A stretch of DNA of 64,000 nt, from assembly GCA_017962105.1 (NCBI GenBank), contig JAGCVY010000052.1:983-64982 (forward strand), read 5' to 3'. This DNA comes from Lachnospiraceae bacterium (GTDB lineage Bacteria > Bacillota > Clostridia > Lachnospirales > Lachnospiraceae). Shown here piece after piece: positions 8,824-16,612 of this stretch. Each line of letters starts with the position of its first letter. The first letter of the stretch is position 1. The position numbers were made by a program, and so were the translations under genes. The notes below the pieces were generated by a model, which saw only the letters and a list, made by a program, of their open reading frames with translations, made no database searches and was not told where the DNA came from.

Positions 8824-10365
8824 TTACATGTGGGTCCGCAGAGCGGTGATCATATGCCCTACCAGTTCCGCTCCCATTGCTTCCCCGTACAGGGTTCCCT
8901 GGGCGATATCCAGACCGCATTCCGCGGCAAGGATCTCCTGTTCCCTGCTGTTTACGCCCGTTCTGATCAGCTTCACGCCAAAGAGATGGGCTGTCTGAGC
9001 CACCACGGAAAGCGTGTGCTTTCCCGCGGCGTCGCCGGTTTCAGGAACATTGCTGTTCTGCATTTTCCAATAAGCCACCGGCAGTTCCGTCAGCTCCGCT
9101 GCCGGGATTGCAGGGATTCCCGCAGTGTCCAGCGCAAATCGGATGCCGAACACCGAAAGCTTTTGGAAGATCGTCTTGGCGCGGGCAAGATTCCGGTTTA
9201 CGGTATGCTCAGATATTTCAAACACCACCCGGCGCAGACCCGAATCCAGCGTCTGCATTACATCGTATGTCGTCTTGATAAACTCCCGGTTGCTGAACAC
9301 CCGCTCCGAGACAGGGATCGCTACGTTGACATCCTCTATGCCCATCTCGGCAAATCTGCGCAGGCACTCGCCGGCACGCTGCAGCATTGCCTCATAGACA
9401 ACCATCGTAAGACCACTTTGGTCGAGGCAGGCAAACAGCTGCTCTCCCCCGGTCACTCCGCCGGCTGTCTTGAGCATCGGGGAGATCTCCAGCTGCTCGA
9501 TCTTCTCCTCCGCAAGGGATTTGCGGGGGATCAGCGGATACTCCACGGCCCCGTTCCGCACGGCGTCTGTAACGGCCGTCTGGAAGCTCATCCGATCGAT
9601 CGTCTCCTGTGCAAGTCTCTTCGAATAGAAGCAGTACCGGTTGTCCCCCTCCTCAGCGGACTCCTTCACGGCCTCAGCCATAGCCAGCCCGAGGTTCATA
9701 TCCAAAACCTGCATGGTGTCTCCGTCCTCCGGAGCGATCGTCACGGCCCCGTACACCACCGGAGCAACCTCCACGCCGTTGTTCATCACCGGAAGCGCCA
9801 GCAGTTTGAACAGCTTGTCAATCTTACTCTCATAGTCGGCACGGCGCAAAATCCTTCTTGTCAATACGGCAAATGCGTCATCGTTCAGGACGGCGATCTC
9901 ATCATCGTCCTCATTGACCGCACTGCGAAGGCGCTGCAGGATCTCCTGCTTCATCTCCGCATTGTTCCGTCCCAAAAGGCTGGGACCCGCGTCCCCTTCC
10001 CCGCGAAACGCAAACATCGCCAGACCGATCTCCTCGCCCTCTCCGCATTTGCGCTTGGCTGTCTCAAAGGATTCGGCTAACTTCGCCCGGTTCGGAAGAT
10101 CCGTTCCGGGATCGGTGAACGCCAGCCGCTTTGCGCGTTCGAATTTCTTCTTCAGCGCGTCATAGTCGTCCAGCAGGGAGTTCCTGGCACTCGCGTTCTC
10201 CTTGCCGAAGGATTCCGCCTTCGCCAGCTGCGCCTTCGCGTCGTTGAGCTGCTTGGCCAGCGAGGCAGCGCGCTGCTGAGCCATCCTCTTCTGCATAAGG
10301 AAAATAAATGCAGCCGTCAACGCCGCAATGGCTGCCAATGTAATTATGATCAACGGGATTTTCAT
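8824..10365 (-). CDS. Membrane-anchored protein with degenerate GGDEF-like and degenerate EAL-like domains
   Basis: The track ORF 8824..10542 runs across a tRNA gene. The true start is ATG 10365 (MKIPLIIITLAAIAALTAAFIFL) with a GGAGGTC RBS. It has a coiled coil, then DLPNR ... IAVLNDDAFAVL where GGDEF would sit. The EAL-type fold shows EQLEIS, EISEHTV, LDTAGIP, RTGVNSREQ and AQGTLYG in place of EAL, E.TE, DDFGTG, EGVE and QG..F. Confidence 0.75.
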   Translation of the reverse strand: MKIPLIIITLAAIAALTAAFIFLMQKRMAQQRAASLAKQLNDAKAQLAKAESFGKENASARNSLLDDYDALKKKFERAKRLAFTDPGTDLPNRAKLAESFETAKRKCGEGEEIGLAMFAFRGEGDAGPSLLGRNNAEMKQEILQRLRSAVNEDDDEIAVLNDDAFAVLTRRILRRADYESKIDKLFKLLALPVMNNGVEVAPVVYGAVTIAPEDGDTMQVLDMNLGLAMAEAVKESAEEGDNRYCFYSKRLAQETIDRMSFQTAVTDAVRNGAVEYPLIPRKSLAEEKIEQLEISPMLKTAGGVTGGEQLFACLDQSGLTMVVYEAMLQRAGECLRRFAEMGIEDVNVAIPVSERVFSNREFIKTTYDVMQTLDSGLRRVVFEISEHTVNRNLARAKTIFQKLSVFGIRFALDTAGIPAIPAAELTELPVAYWKMQNSNVPETGDAAGKHTLSVVAQTAHLFGVKLIRTGVNSREQEILAAECGLDIAQGTLYGEAMGAELVGHMITALRTHM

Positions 10366-10424
10366 CGAAAGACCTCCATAACAGCAAAGAAGCCCTACCT
10401 CCGGTTGGAGATAAGGCTCATAAA

Positions 10425-10498
10425 TCGAGGCGACGTGACTTGAACACGCGACCCCCGCGTCCCTAACACGGTGCTCTACCAAACTGAGCCACGCCTCG
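10425..10498 (-). tRNA. tRNA-Pro, anticodon read as AGG (unusual for bacteria)
   Basis: 74 nt minus-strand cloverleaf: CGAGGCG-TG-GCTC-AGTTTGGTA-GAGC-A-CCGTG-TTAGGGA-CGCGG-GGGTC-GCGTG-TTCAAGT-CACGT-CGCCTCG-A. The C1:G72 pair and G37 are typical of tRNA-Pro. Anticodon positions 34-36 correspond to + strand 10464-10462. Confidence 0.75.
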
Positions 10499-10658
10499 AG
10501 TTTTCGTTGTTGCTCCGAGCGCATATTCCGTCCGAAGTACAAACAAAATGTATGTTTTGTTGCCGGCCAAAACCACTTACATTCGCAAACCGCTTGATGT
10601 CAGAAAGCAAGCTTTCACATCAATCGCTTCGAGCCCGCATGGTTTTGCCACGGTAACA

Positions 10659-10731
10659 AGCTGGAAATCAGATTTGAACTGACGACCCCTTCATTACGAG
10701 TGAAGTGCTCTACCGGCTGAGCTATTCCAGC
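10659..10731 (-). tRNA. tRNA-Thr (anticodon CGT)
   Basis: 73 nt: GCTGGAA-TA-GCTC-AGCCGGTA-GAGC-A-CTTCA-CTCGTAA-TGAAG-GGGTC-GTCAG-TTCAAAT-CTGAT-TTCCAGC-T. Confidence 0.9.
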
Positions 10732-10777
10732 ATGCGCATATGCGCTTCTTCCAAACGGCATACCGTCGAAAGAGAAA

Positions 10778-10851
10778 TCGAGGCGACGGGATTCGAACCC
10801 ACGACCTCTGCGTCCCGAACGCAGCGCTCTACCAAACTGAGCCACGCCTCG
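10778..10851 (-). tRNA. tRNA-Pro (anticodon CGG)
   Basis: 74 nt: CGAGGCG-TG-GCTC-AGTTTGGTA-GAGC-G-CTGCG-TTCGGGA-CGCAG-AGGTC-GTGGG-TTCGAAT-CCCGT-CGCCTCG-A. Its acceptor and D arms are identical to those of the 10425..10498 tRNA. Confidence 0.9.
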
Positions 10852-10995
10852 AATTTTCGCGTGCTTTGTAATTATGCAACAAGGCACGCGAAATGTCAAG
10901 CACTATTTATGATTTTTTACGGGCGGGAAAGGTTTTCGGATTTCTCCCTTCCCGCCCGCATTTTACGTATTGTTTCCGAACTATCCTGCTCCGGG

Positions 10996-12366
10996 TTACG
11001 GATTGATGGACATGTACGCTTCCGCCGTTCCCTTCGTAAAATAATCCGTGAAAATGACGTACAGATCCAAAGGCTTCCACATTACGGACTGCAGTTTGAT
11101 CGTGGTGTCGCCGTACTTATCCTTGAGCTTCTCGTCAAGCAGCTCGATGCCCGTCCCTGCAAATTTGGAACCTTCGTGAAGCAGGATCTCCAGCTCGGTC
11201 TGCCCGTTGACTGCCTCCATGACCGCCGCGTTGATCACGGGATCCTTGATCACTTCCCTCATGTAATTGAGGTATTCGTTCACCATGGCGACATCGGCGT
11301 CGACACGTCCCTCAAGGGCATCCGTCTCGTACTGCAGAAGCCAGTCAAGACGGTCTTCCACAGGCTCGCCCACGGAGGTGTTCTTCTTGGCTTTCTCAAA
11401 CTCTTCCGCTTTTGCTTTGGGAAGAACGATCTCCGTTGTTCCGATCTCGGAAAATTTGATCTCGCTGTTGATCTTCGCATAACTGCCCGAAACGGTGGAG
11501 ACAGTGATACGGTCAAGGATATTGCCGTTGAATTTTACGGTAACCTCAAAGTCTCCGATCTGGGAGAGAATGCTGAGACTGCTGTCCCCGAAATAGTAAA
11601 GGATTCCCTTGAAATTGTTCTGGCAGTACCCGATCACCTTGGCGATCAGTTCCTTCCGGATCACCAGCACCTCGGAACCGTCCTCCGCCTTGTGGTATTC
11701 GAAATTCTTCGTCAGGATTTCATCGTTGTTCAGAGGCGCAAACACGGTGAGAAGCTTACCGTCCAAAGGAAGCAGCGTCTTCGGCCAATCCGGTAAGAAC
11801 GCCGCCAGCATGGACACATAACTCTGGTAGGCTGCGTCTGCCGACTCATGGAGGGAACGGACAACCTGATACATATGGCCGCCCTCGTTCTTTCCGATCT
11901 GCTGCATAAAGTATTCCATCTTGACATCCGCCCACCAGGAGCTTAAGTAAACGCCGCCGTTTTCATGGAGATACGCGTACTTGAGATCTTTTGTACCGTC
12001 CTCATAGGTGTTGTTGCTATACACCAGCTCGCCGTCTTCCAGTTTGTTAAAGCAGATTTTCTTGCTTTTCGTCTTCTCATCCTGCTCGGGCAGCTGCCCC
12101 GTGATGGAGTAATCGATCGTCAGGTTTCCCTGCGCAAATGTGTTCTGCGCAGCGGCAACAAACCGTTCTAAAAGCGTTCCCTCCGGAAGATCCGGAACAT
12201 CCGGCTCCTCCGTAGGAGTCGGCGTAGCCGTTCCGTTTGCCGGCGCCGCAGGCGTTGCTGTCGCCGTCGGTGTGGTCTTGTCCGACCCATTTGACGCGGG
12301 CTTCCCGCATCCGGCAAGCAGCACCGCAATCATCAAAACTGCCAATAATACCTTTCCCCGTTTCAT
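10996..12366 (-). CDS. Hypothetical lipoprotein
   Basis: I prefer ATG 12366 (MKRGKVLLAVLMIAVLLAGCGKPASNG) with a GGGGG RBS. Lipobox LLAGC is followed by a Thr/Pro/Ala-rich tether. I recognise no family. Confidence 0.75.
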   Translation of the reverse strand: MKRGKVLLAVLMIAVLLAGCGKPASNGSDKTTPTATATPAAPANGTATPTPTEEPDVPDLPEGTLLERFVAAAQNTFAQGNLTIDYSITGQLPEQDEKTKSKKICFNKLEDGELVYSNNTYEDGTKDLKYAYLHENGGVYLSSWWADVKMEYFMQQIGKNEGGHMYQVVRSLHESADAAYQSYVSMLAAFLPDWPKTLLPLDGKLLTVFAPLNNDEILTKNFEYHKAEDGSEVLVIRKELIAKVIGYCQNNFKGILYYFGDSSLSILSQIGDFEVTVKFNGNILDRITVSTVSGSYAKINSEIKFSEIGTTEIVLPKAKAEEFEKAKKNTSVGEPVEDRLDWLLQYETDALEGRVDADVAMVNEYLNYMREVIKDPVINAAVMEAVNGQTELEILLHEGSKFAGTGIELLDEKLKDKYGDTTIKLQSVMWKPLDLYVIFTDYFTKGTAEAYMSINP

Positions 12367-12530
12367 ATATAAACCCCCAAATAATAAAATGATGATCACT
12401 GCCCATCAGCGATTCTTCTGTCAGTATACCACTCGTATTTACCCATGTCAACCATGTTTACTGTTTATTTTTTCTATTTTCGGTTGAGTTTTTCAACCTC
12501 ACGACCGCCTCAGCCGACGACCTCAGTACG

Positions 12531-12568
12531 AAAAATGCAGCCGCTCTCCCGGAAAGGTTGCGGCTGCA
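12531..12568 (-). terminator. Intrinsic terminator downstream of htpG
   Basis: TGCAGCCGC (12536-12544) / GCGGCTGCA (12560-12568) stem, followed on the minus strand by TTTTTCG. Confidence 0.65.
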
Positions 12569-12602
12569 TCGTATTTCTGTTTTTCGTATTGTCCGACGAT
12601 GT

Positions 12603-14681
12603 TTACTCGTCCTTCAGTCCGGCGAACAATCCCATAAGCTTGTTGCTGCGCTCCAGGAACGCCGTCATGTCGTCGGGCTCCAACGGTCCCTGGGAAAGTC
12701 TAGCAAGGTCGTAAATCTGTGCGCACAGAAGGGTCGAATCCTCCGACTCCCCGTTTGCGCTGATATGCTTGACCAGCTTGTTGCCCGCGTTGAGCACCAG
12801 CGTCGAGTCATCCGGCATACCGGTCTGTGCCATGCCGTACATCTTCATCATGTCCTGCATCCGGCGGCTCTCCTCGGAGAGAGTGATCACAGCGGGTATC
12901 TCGGCGTTTCTGAGTTTTTCCACCTTAATATCGAGGGAGTCCTTCTTAAGGGCCTTGCGGAACGTTTCGGTAAGCTTCTCCGAAAGGCTCTTCAGCTCCT
13001 CCGCATCCGATTCCTCCCGGCAGGCGTCGGTCACATCCGCGTCGATGCGCTTGAAGGAAACCGTGTCGTTATCCTGCTCCAACTGCGAGATGAAGGGCTG
13101 GTCGATCCGATGGGTCATGATGACCGCGTTCATGCCGTTCTCGCGGAACATGTTGATATACTGACTCTGCTGCTTCTCATCCGTGACGTAGTACACGGTG
13201 GTCTTCTCCGGCTCCTTCGACTCATCCGAAGAAGTCTCCGCAGCCTTGTCGTCCGACGCATCCGTTTTCGTCTCGCCGGCCTTTGCCTCATCGGCCTTCT
13301 CATCCGCAGCGTCGCCCGCTTCCGCCTTCTTGGCAGCCTCGACATACTCCGGCAGCGTGATGTAGTTGCCGTCGAGATCCTTGTAGATGATGAAATCCTT
13401 GATCTTCTCGCGGAACTTCGAATCGCGGAGGCATCCGTACTTGATGAACGGGCAGATGTCATCCCAGCATTTTTCGTAGTTCTCGCGGTCGGTCTTGTAC
13501 ATGCCGGAAAGCTTGTCGGCAACCTTCTTCGCGATGTAATCGCTGATCTTCTTCACAAAACCGTCGTTCTGCAGCGCGCTCCGGGACACGTTCAGAGGGA
13601 TGTCCGGACAGTCGATGACGCCCTTAAGGAGCATCAAAAACTCCGGAATGACCTCCTTGATGTTGTCCGCGATGAACACCTGGTTGTTGTACAGCTTGAT
13701 GGTCCCGTCAAGGCTGTCGTACTCCGTATTGATCTTCGGAAAATACAGGATGCCCTTGAGGTTGAACGGATAGTCCATGTTCAGGTGGATCCAGAACAGC
13801 GGCTCCTTATAGTCATGGAAGGTCGTGCGGTAGAACTCGCGGTACTCCTCGTCCGTGCACTCGGAAGGCGTATGCAAAAACAGCGGGAAGATGTCATTGA
13901 TCGGCTTCGGGCCTTTCTTCTCCTTCTTCTCGTCCTTCGCCTCTGCGGCGTCCTCACCGTCCTTCGCTTCCGCGTCCACATCCTTGGCTTTGCCGTCGGC
14001 ATCGACCTCCGCGTCGATCACCTCGGGTTCCTCTGCCGGAGCGGGTTTCGTCGCATCCTCAAAGAAGATCGGGACCGGCATGAAGGAACAGTACTTGGAA
14101 AGGACTTCCTTCACGCGGTATTCGTTGGAAAACTCATAGCTGTCGTCGTTTAAGTACAGCGTGATCTCGGTGCCGCGCTCCGTTCTTTCGGAGTCGCTCA
14201 TCTCGTAGTTCATGCCCTCCTCGGACTCCCAGTGGACCGCCTTGGCGCCTTCCTGATAGGAAAGGGTGTCGATGGTCACCTTGTGGGCAACCATGAAAGC
14301 GCTGTAGAAACCGAGGCCGAAATGACCGATGATCTGGTCCTCGTTGGCCTTGTCCTTGTATTTTGCAAGGAAATCCGTCGCACCGGAAAATGCGATCTGG
14401 TTGATGTACTCCTTCACCTCGTCAGCGGTCATACCGATACCGTTATCGATGACCGTCAGCGTCTTCTCCTCGGGGTTGCTCCGCACGATGATCTTCCACT
14501 CGTTGTCATCCGGAAGCTCCGCCTCGCCGATCAGCGCAAGCTTCTTAAGCTTCGTGATGGCGTCGCATCCGTTGGAGACAAGCTCACGAAGGAAAATGTC
14601 GTGATCCGAGTACAGCCATTTCTTGATGATAGGGAATATATTTTCCGAATTAATGGACAAATTGCCTTGTTCCGTTGCCAT
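12603..14681 (-). CDS. htpG: Molecular chaperone HtpG (Hsp90 family)
   Basis: I prefer ATG 14681 (MATEQGNLSINSENIFPIIKKWLYSDHDIFLRELVSNGCDAITKL) with a CGGAGGTG RBS. The GHKL ATPase motif is IGHFGLGFYSAF. The product is 692 aa and carries two long acidic/Lys-rich insertions. Confidence 0.95.
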   Translation of the reverse strand: MATEQGNLSINSENIFPIIKKWLYSDHDIFLRELVSNGCDAITKLKKLALIGEAELPDDNEWKIIVRSNPEEKTLTVIDNGIGMTADEVKEYINQIAFSGATDFLAKYKDKANEDQIIGHFGLGFYSAFMVAHKVTIDTLSYQEGAKAVHWESEEGMNYEMSDSERTERGTEITLYLNDDSYEFSNEYRVKEVLSKYCSFMPVPIFFEDATKPAPAEEPEVIDAEVDADGKAKDVDAEAKDGEDAAEAKDEKKEKKGPKPINDIFPLFLHTPSECTDEEYREFYRTTFHDYKEPLFWIHLNMDYPFNLKGILYFPKINTEYDSLDGTIKLYNNQVFIADNIKEVIPEFLMLLKGVIDCPDIPLNVSRSALQNDGFVKKISDYIAKKVADKLSGMYKTDRENYEKCWDDICPFIKYGCLRDSKFREKIKDFIIYKDLDGNYITLPEYVEAAKKAEAGDAADEKADEAKAGETKTDASDDKAAETSSDESKEPEKTTVYYVTDEKQQSQYINMFRENGMNAVIMTHRIDQPFISQLEQDNDTVSFKRIDADVTDACREESDAEELKSLSEKLTETFRKALKKDSLDIKVEKLRNAEIPAVITLSEESRRMQDMMKMYGMAQTGMPDDSTLVLNAGNKLVKHISANGESEDSTLLCAQIYDLARLSQGPLEPDDMTAFLERSNKLMGLFAGLKDE

Positions 14682-14723
14682 AAAAAACACCTCCGTCTGC
14701 GCATAATTCTTCACGCAACCACA

Positions 14724-14752
14724 AGTATACTCCGCACCTGTAGGTTTGTCAA
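14724..14752 (-). promoter_or_regulatory. Sigma-A-type promoter of htpG
   Basis: The minus strand reads TTGACA (14752-14747), a 17-nt spacer, then TATACT (14729-14724), about 40 nt upstream of the htpG start. Confidence 0.6.
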
Positions 14753-14759
14753 TAAAAAA

Positions 14760-14786
14760 TTAGCACTCATTTTGTCTGAGTGCTAA
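14760..14786 (-). promoter_or_regulatory. CIRCE operator (HrcA binding site)
   Basis: TTAGCACTC-ATTTTGTCT-GAGTGCTAA is a perfect match to the CIRCE consensus TTAGCACTC-N9-GAGTGCTAA. It sits just upstream of the htpG -35 element. Confidence 0.85.
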
Positions 14787-14789
14787 CAA

Positions 14790-15710
14790 TCACAGTAAAT
14801 CCCTTACCGCAGCCAGATACTCTGCTTCGTTGCGGCATTTATGGATGTGCTTTTTCGCGCGGTCCGCATCGGGAAACCGGTCGCCGAGGTACCCCCAGAC
14901 CTCCTTCATCTTAAAGAGCGTATCCTTCACGCCCCACAGGTTGACGTAGGAACGGTACAGGTCGTCGTGGAACTCCCGAAGCTCCGCGGGGCTCATGGAA
15001 ACCCCCGTGGCAATCTCCCGGAAAATGCCGGGGTCTGCCACCGCACCTCTCCCGATCATCACAGCCTTCAGGTTCGGAAACTCCTCCGTGAGCTCCTGAA
15101 ACTGCGCGGCACTTGTGATGTCGCCGTTATACACAAGGGGCGCCTTGCTGTTCTCACAGGCATACGCAAACGCCTCCCGGTTCGGCGTACCTCCGTACCA
15201 CTCCTCCCTCACCCGCGCGTGGACGATCAGCTCGCTTATCGGAAAATGATTGTACACCGCAAGGATCGCCGGCCACTCCGCCGCATCCGCAAACCCGAGC
15301 CTCGTCTTCACCGACACCGGCATCGGAAGTTCCTGTGAAAACAACCGCTCAAAGAAGCGCTCCATCGCCTCGGTGTCCCGCAGGAATCCGCTGCCCCGGT
15401 TTTTCTTGACTACCGTCCCGGAAGGGCATCCGAAGTTCAGGTTGGCCTCGGTGTAACCGAGCGTTGCGAGGAAGCGGATCATTTCCGCAGCGGCGTCGGG
15501 GTCGTCCGTCAGGATCTGGGGGACAACCGGCAGGCCTTCGTTGTGCTTCGGGTCCAGCTCCCGTCCCTGGCGCGTCTTAAACGCGCATCCGGTCACAGGC
15601 GAAAGAAACGGGGTGAAATAGCGATCCACCCCGCCGAAATGCCGATTCAGGATTTGCCGAAAGAGGTAGCCCGTGACTTCCTCCATCGGTGCAAGATACC
15701 GTTGTGTCAT
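14790..15710 (-). CDS. tRNA-dihydrouridine synthase family protein
   Basis: 306 aa. Motifs are APMEEVTGYLFRQI ... PVVPQILTDDP ... EANLNFGCPSGTVVKKNRGSGFL (Dus catalytic Cys motif) ... MIGRGAVADPGIF. Confidence 0.85.
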   Translation of the reverse strand: MTQRYLAPMEEVTGYLFRQILNRHFGGVDRYFTPFLSPVTGCAFKTRQGRELDPKHNEGLPVVPQILTDDPDAAAEMIRFLATLGYTEANLNFGCPSGTVVKKNRGSGFLRDTEAMERFFERLFSQELPMPVSVKTRLGFADAAEWPAILAVYNHFPISELIVHARVREEWYGGTPNREAFAYACENSKAPLVYNGDITSAAQFQELTEEFPNLKAVMIGRGAVADPGIFREIATGVSMSPAELREFHDDLYRSYVNLWGVKDTLFKMKEVWGYLGDRFPDADRAKKHIHKCRNEAEYLAAVRDLL

Positions 15711-15733
15711 AGGAACACCCTAATCCTCGTTTA

Positions 15734-16612
15734 CTACTTAAAGATATTTCCGAAAATCTCCTGAAAATACCGCGATTCCACAATGATCGCCAGATGCAGC
15801 GGATAGTAGGCGTAGAACAGGATCCGCACGAAGGGGTGCTTCTCCTTGTCGTAGCCGAGCTGCCCGTTGTAGCCGAAGATCAGGAACACGCCCAAGAGCG
15901 TCGCCAGCGCCATGTAGATCGATTGCGTCGCCATGAAGAGCGATATGACCCCGAGCATAATGCCCATGGTCTTGCGCTCCTCCCGGAACAGGTAACAGGC
16001 CAGAATGATCATCGGCGCTTCGATGGCATAGTCCAGCGTGAGCGGACAGAGGGCACAGAAAAGGATGGTTACCATGACCGTGCCGCCCATGCAGGCAAGA
16101 TATCCGACGTTCTTCATCAGCTGATTGGGCATCAGATCGCCGAAGTGATCCTTGATCTTCTTCACAAGCAGAAGCATCAGCATGCAGATGGTGAAGGTGA
16201 ACAACACATTCAGGATCGGGACGATCCAGCCGGTGAGCTCCGTCTGCTGTTCCGAAGAAAGCGCCGAGAACCAGGTGTACAGTCCGTCTTTGCCGGGGTA
16301 TTTTGCTTCCCCGCCGGCTTCGTCGAAAAGACGTTGTACATTTTTCATTGCTTCAATGCGCTGCATGCTCCACAGATACAGCCAGAACAATTCCGCAACC
16401 ACCGCGGTGACGACAATGCGGAGAATGTATTTTGCGCGGTTGGAGGTTTTCACAAACCCTTCCGCAAGAAGGAAGCAGGCAATCGGCAGAGCCGGTCTGC
16501 CTGCGACACGCATCCAAAAATACAGGCTGCTCCCCCGGTCAAGGAACACCACCGCCACATGATCCACGGTCATCGTGACGACCAGTATGATTTTCAGAAC
16601 CAAAGCACTCAC
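15734..16612 (-). CDS. TraX-family integral membrane protein
   Basis: The N-terminus LKIILVVTMTVDHVAVVF is typical of TraX, and the protein is polytopic and hydrophobic. The GTG start at 16612 directly abuts the TAA stop of the upstream gene, with a GGAGGGAG RBS. Confidence 0.7.
   Translation of the reverse strand: MSALVLKIILVVTMTVDHVAVVFLDRGSSLYFWMRVAGRPALPIACFLLAEGFVKTSNRAKYILRIVVTAVVAELFWLYLWSMQRIEAMKNVQRLFDEAGGEAKYPGKDGLYTWFSALSSEQQTELTGWIVPILNVLFTFTICMLMLLLVKKIKDHFGDLMPNQLMKNVGYLACMGGTVMVTILFCALCPLTLDYAIEAPMIILACYLFREERKTMGIMLGVISLFMATQSIYMALATLLGVFLIFGYNGQLGYDKEKHPFVRILFYAYYPLHLAIIVESRYFQEIFGNIFK

Noticed and set aside
10366-10542. N-terminal extension of the GGDEF/EAL-like ORF (track start 10542).
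   Set aside because: The extension reads straight through the tRNA-Pro gene at 10425-10498. A good RBS and a TM-type N-terminus occur at ATG 10365.
10425-10851. The tRNA cluster as an integration hotspot flanked by a mobile element or genomic island.
   Set aside because: No integrase, recombinase, transposase, direct repeat of a tRNA 3' end or phage/conjugation gene occurs on either side within the window.
10615-10899. 94 aa minus-strand ORF (and the + ORF 10705..11796 at its 5' end).
   Set aside because: It is composed of tRNA-Thr and tRNA-Pro gene sequence, so it is not coding.
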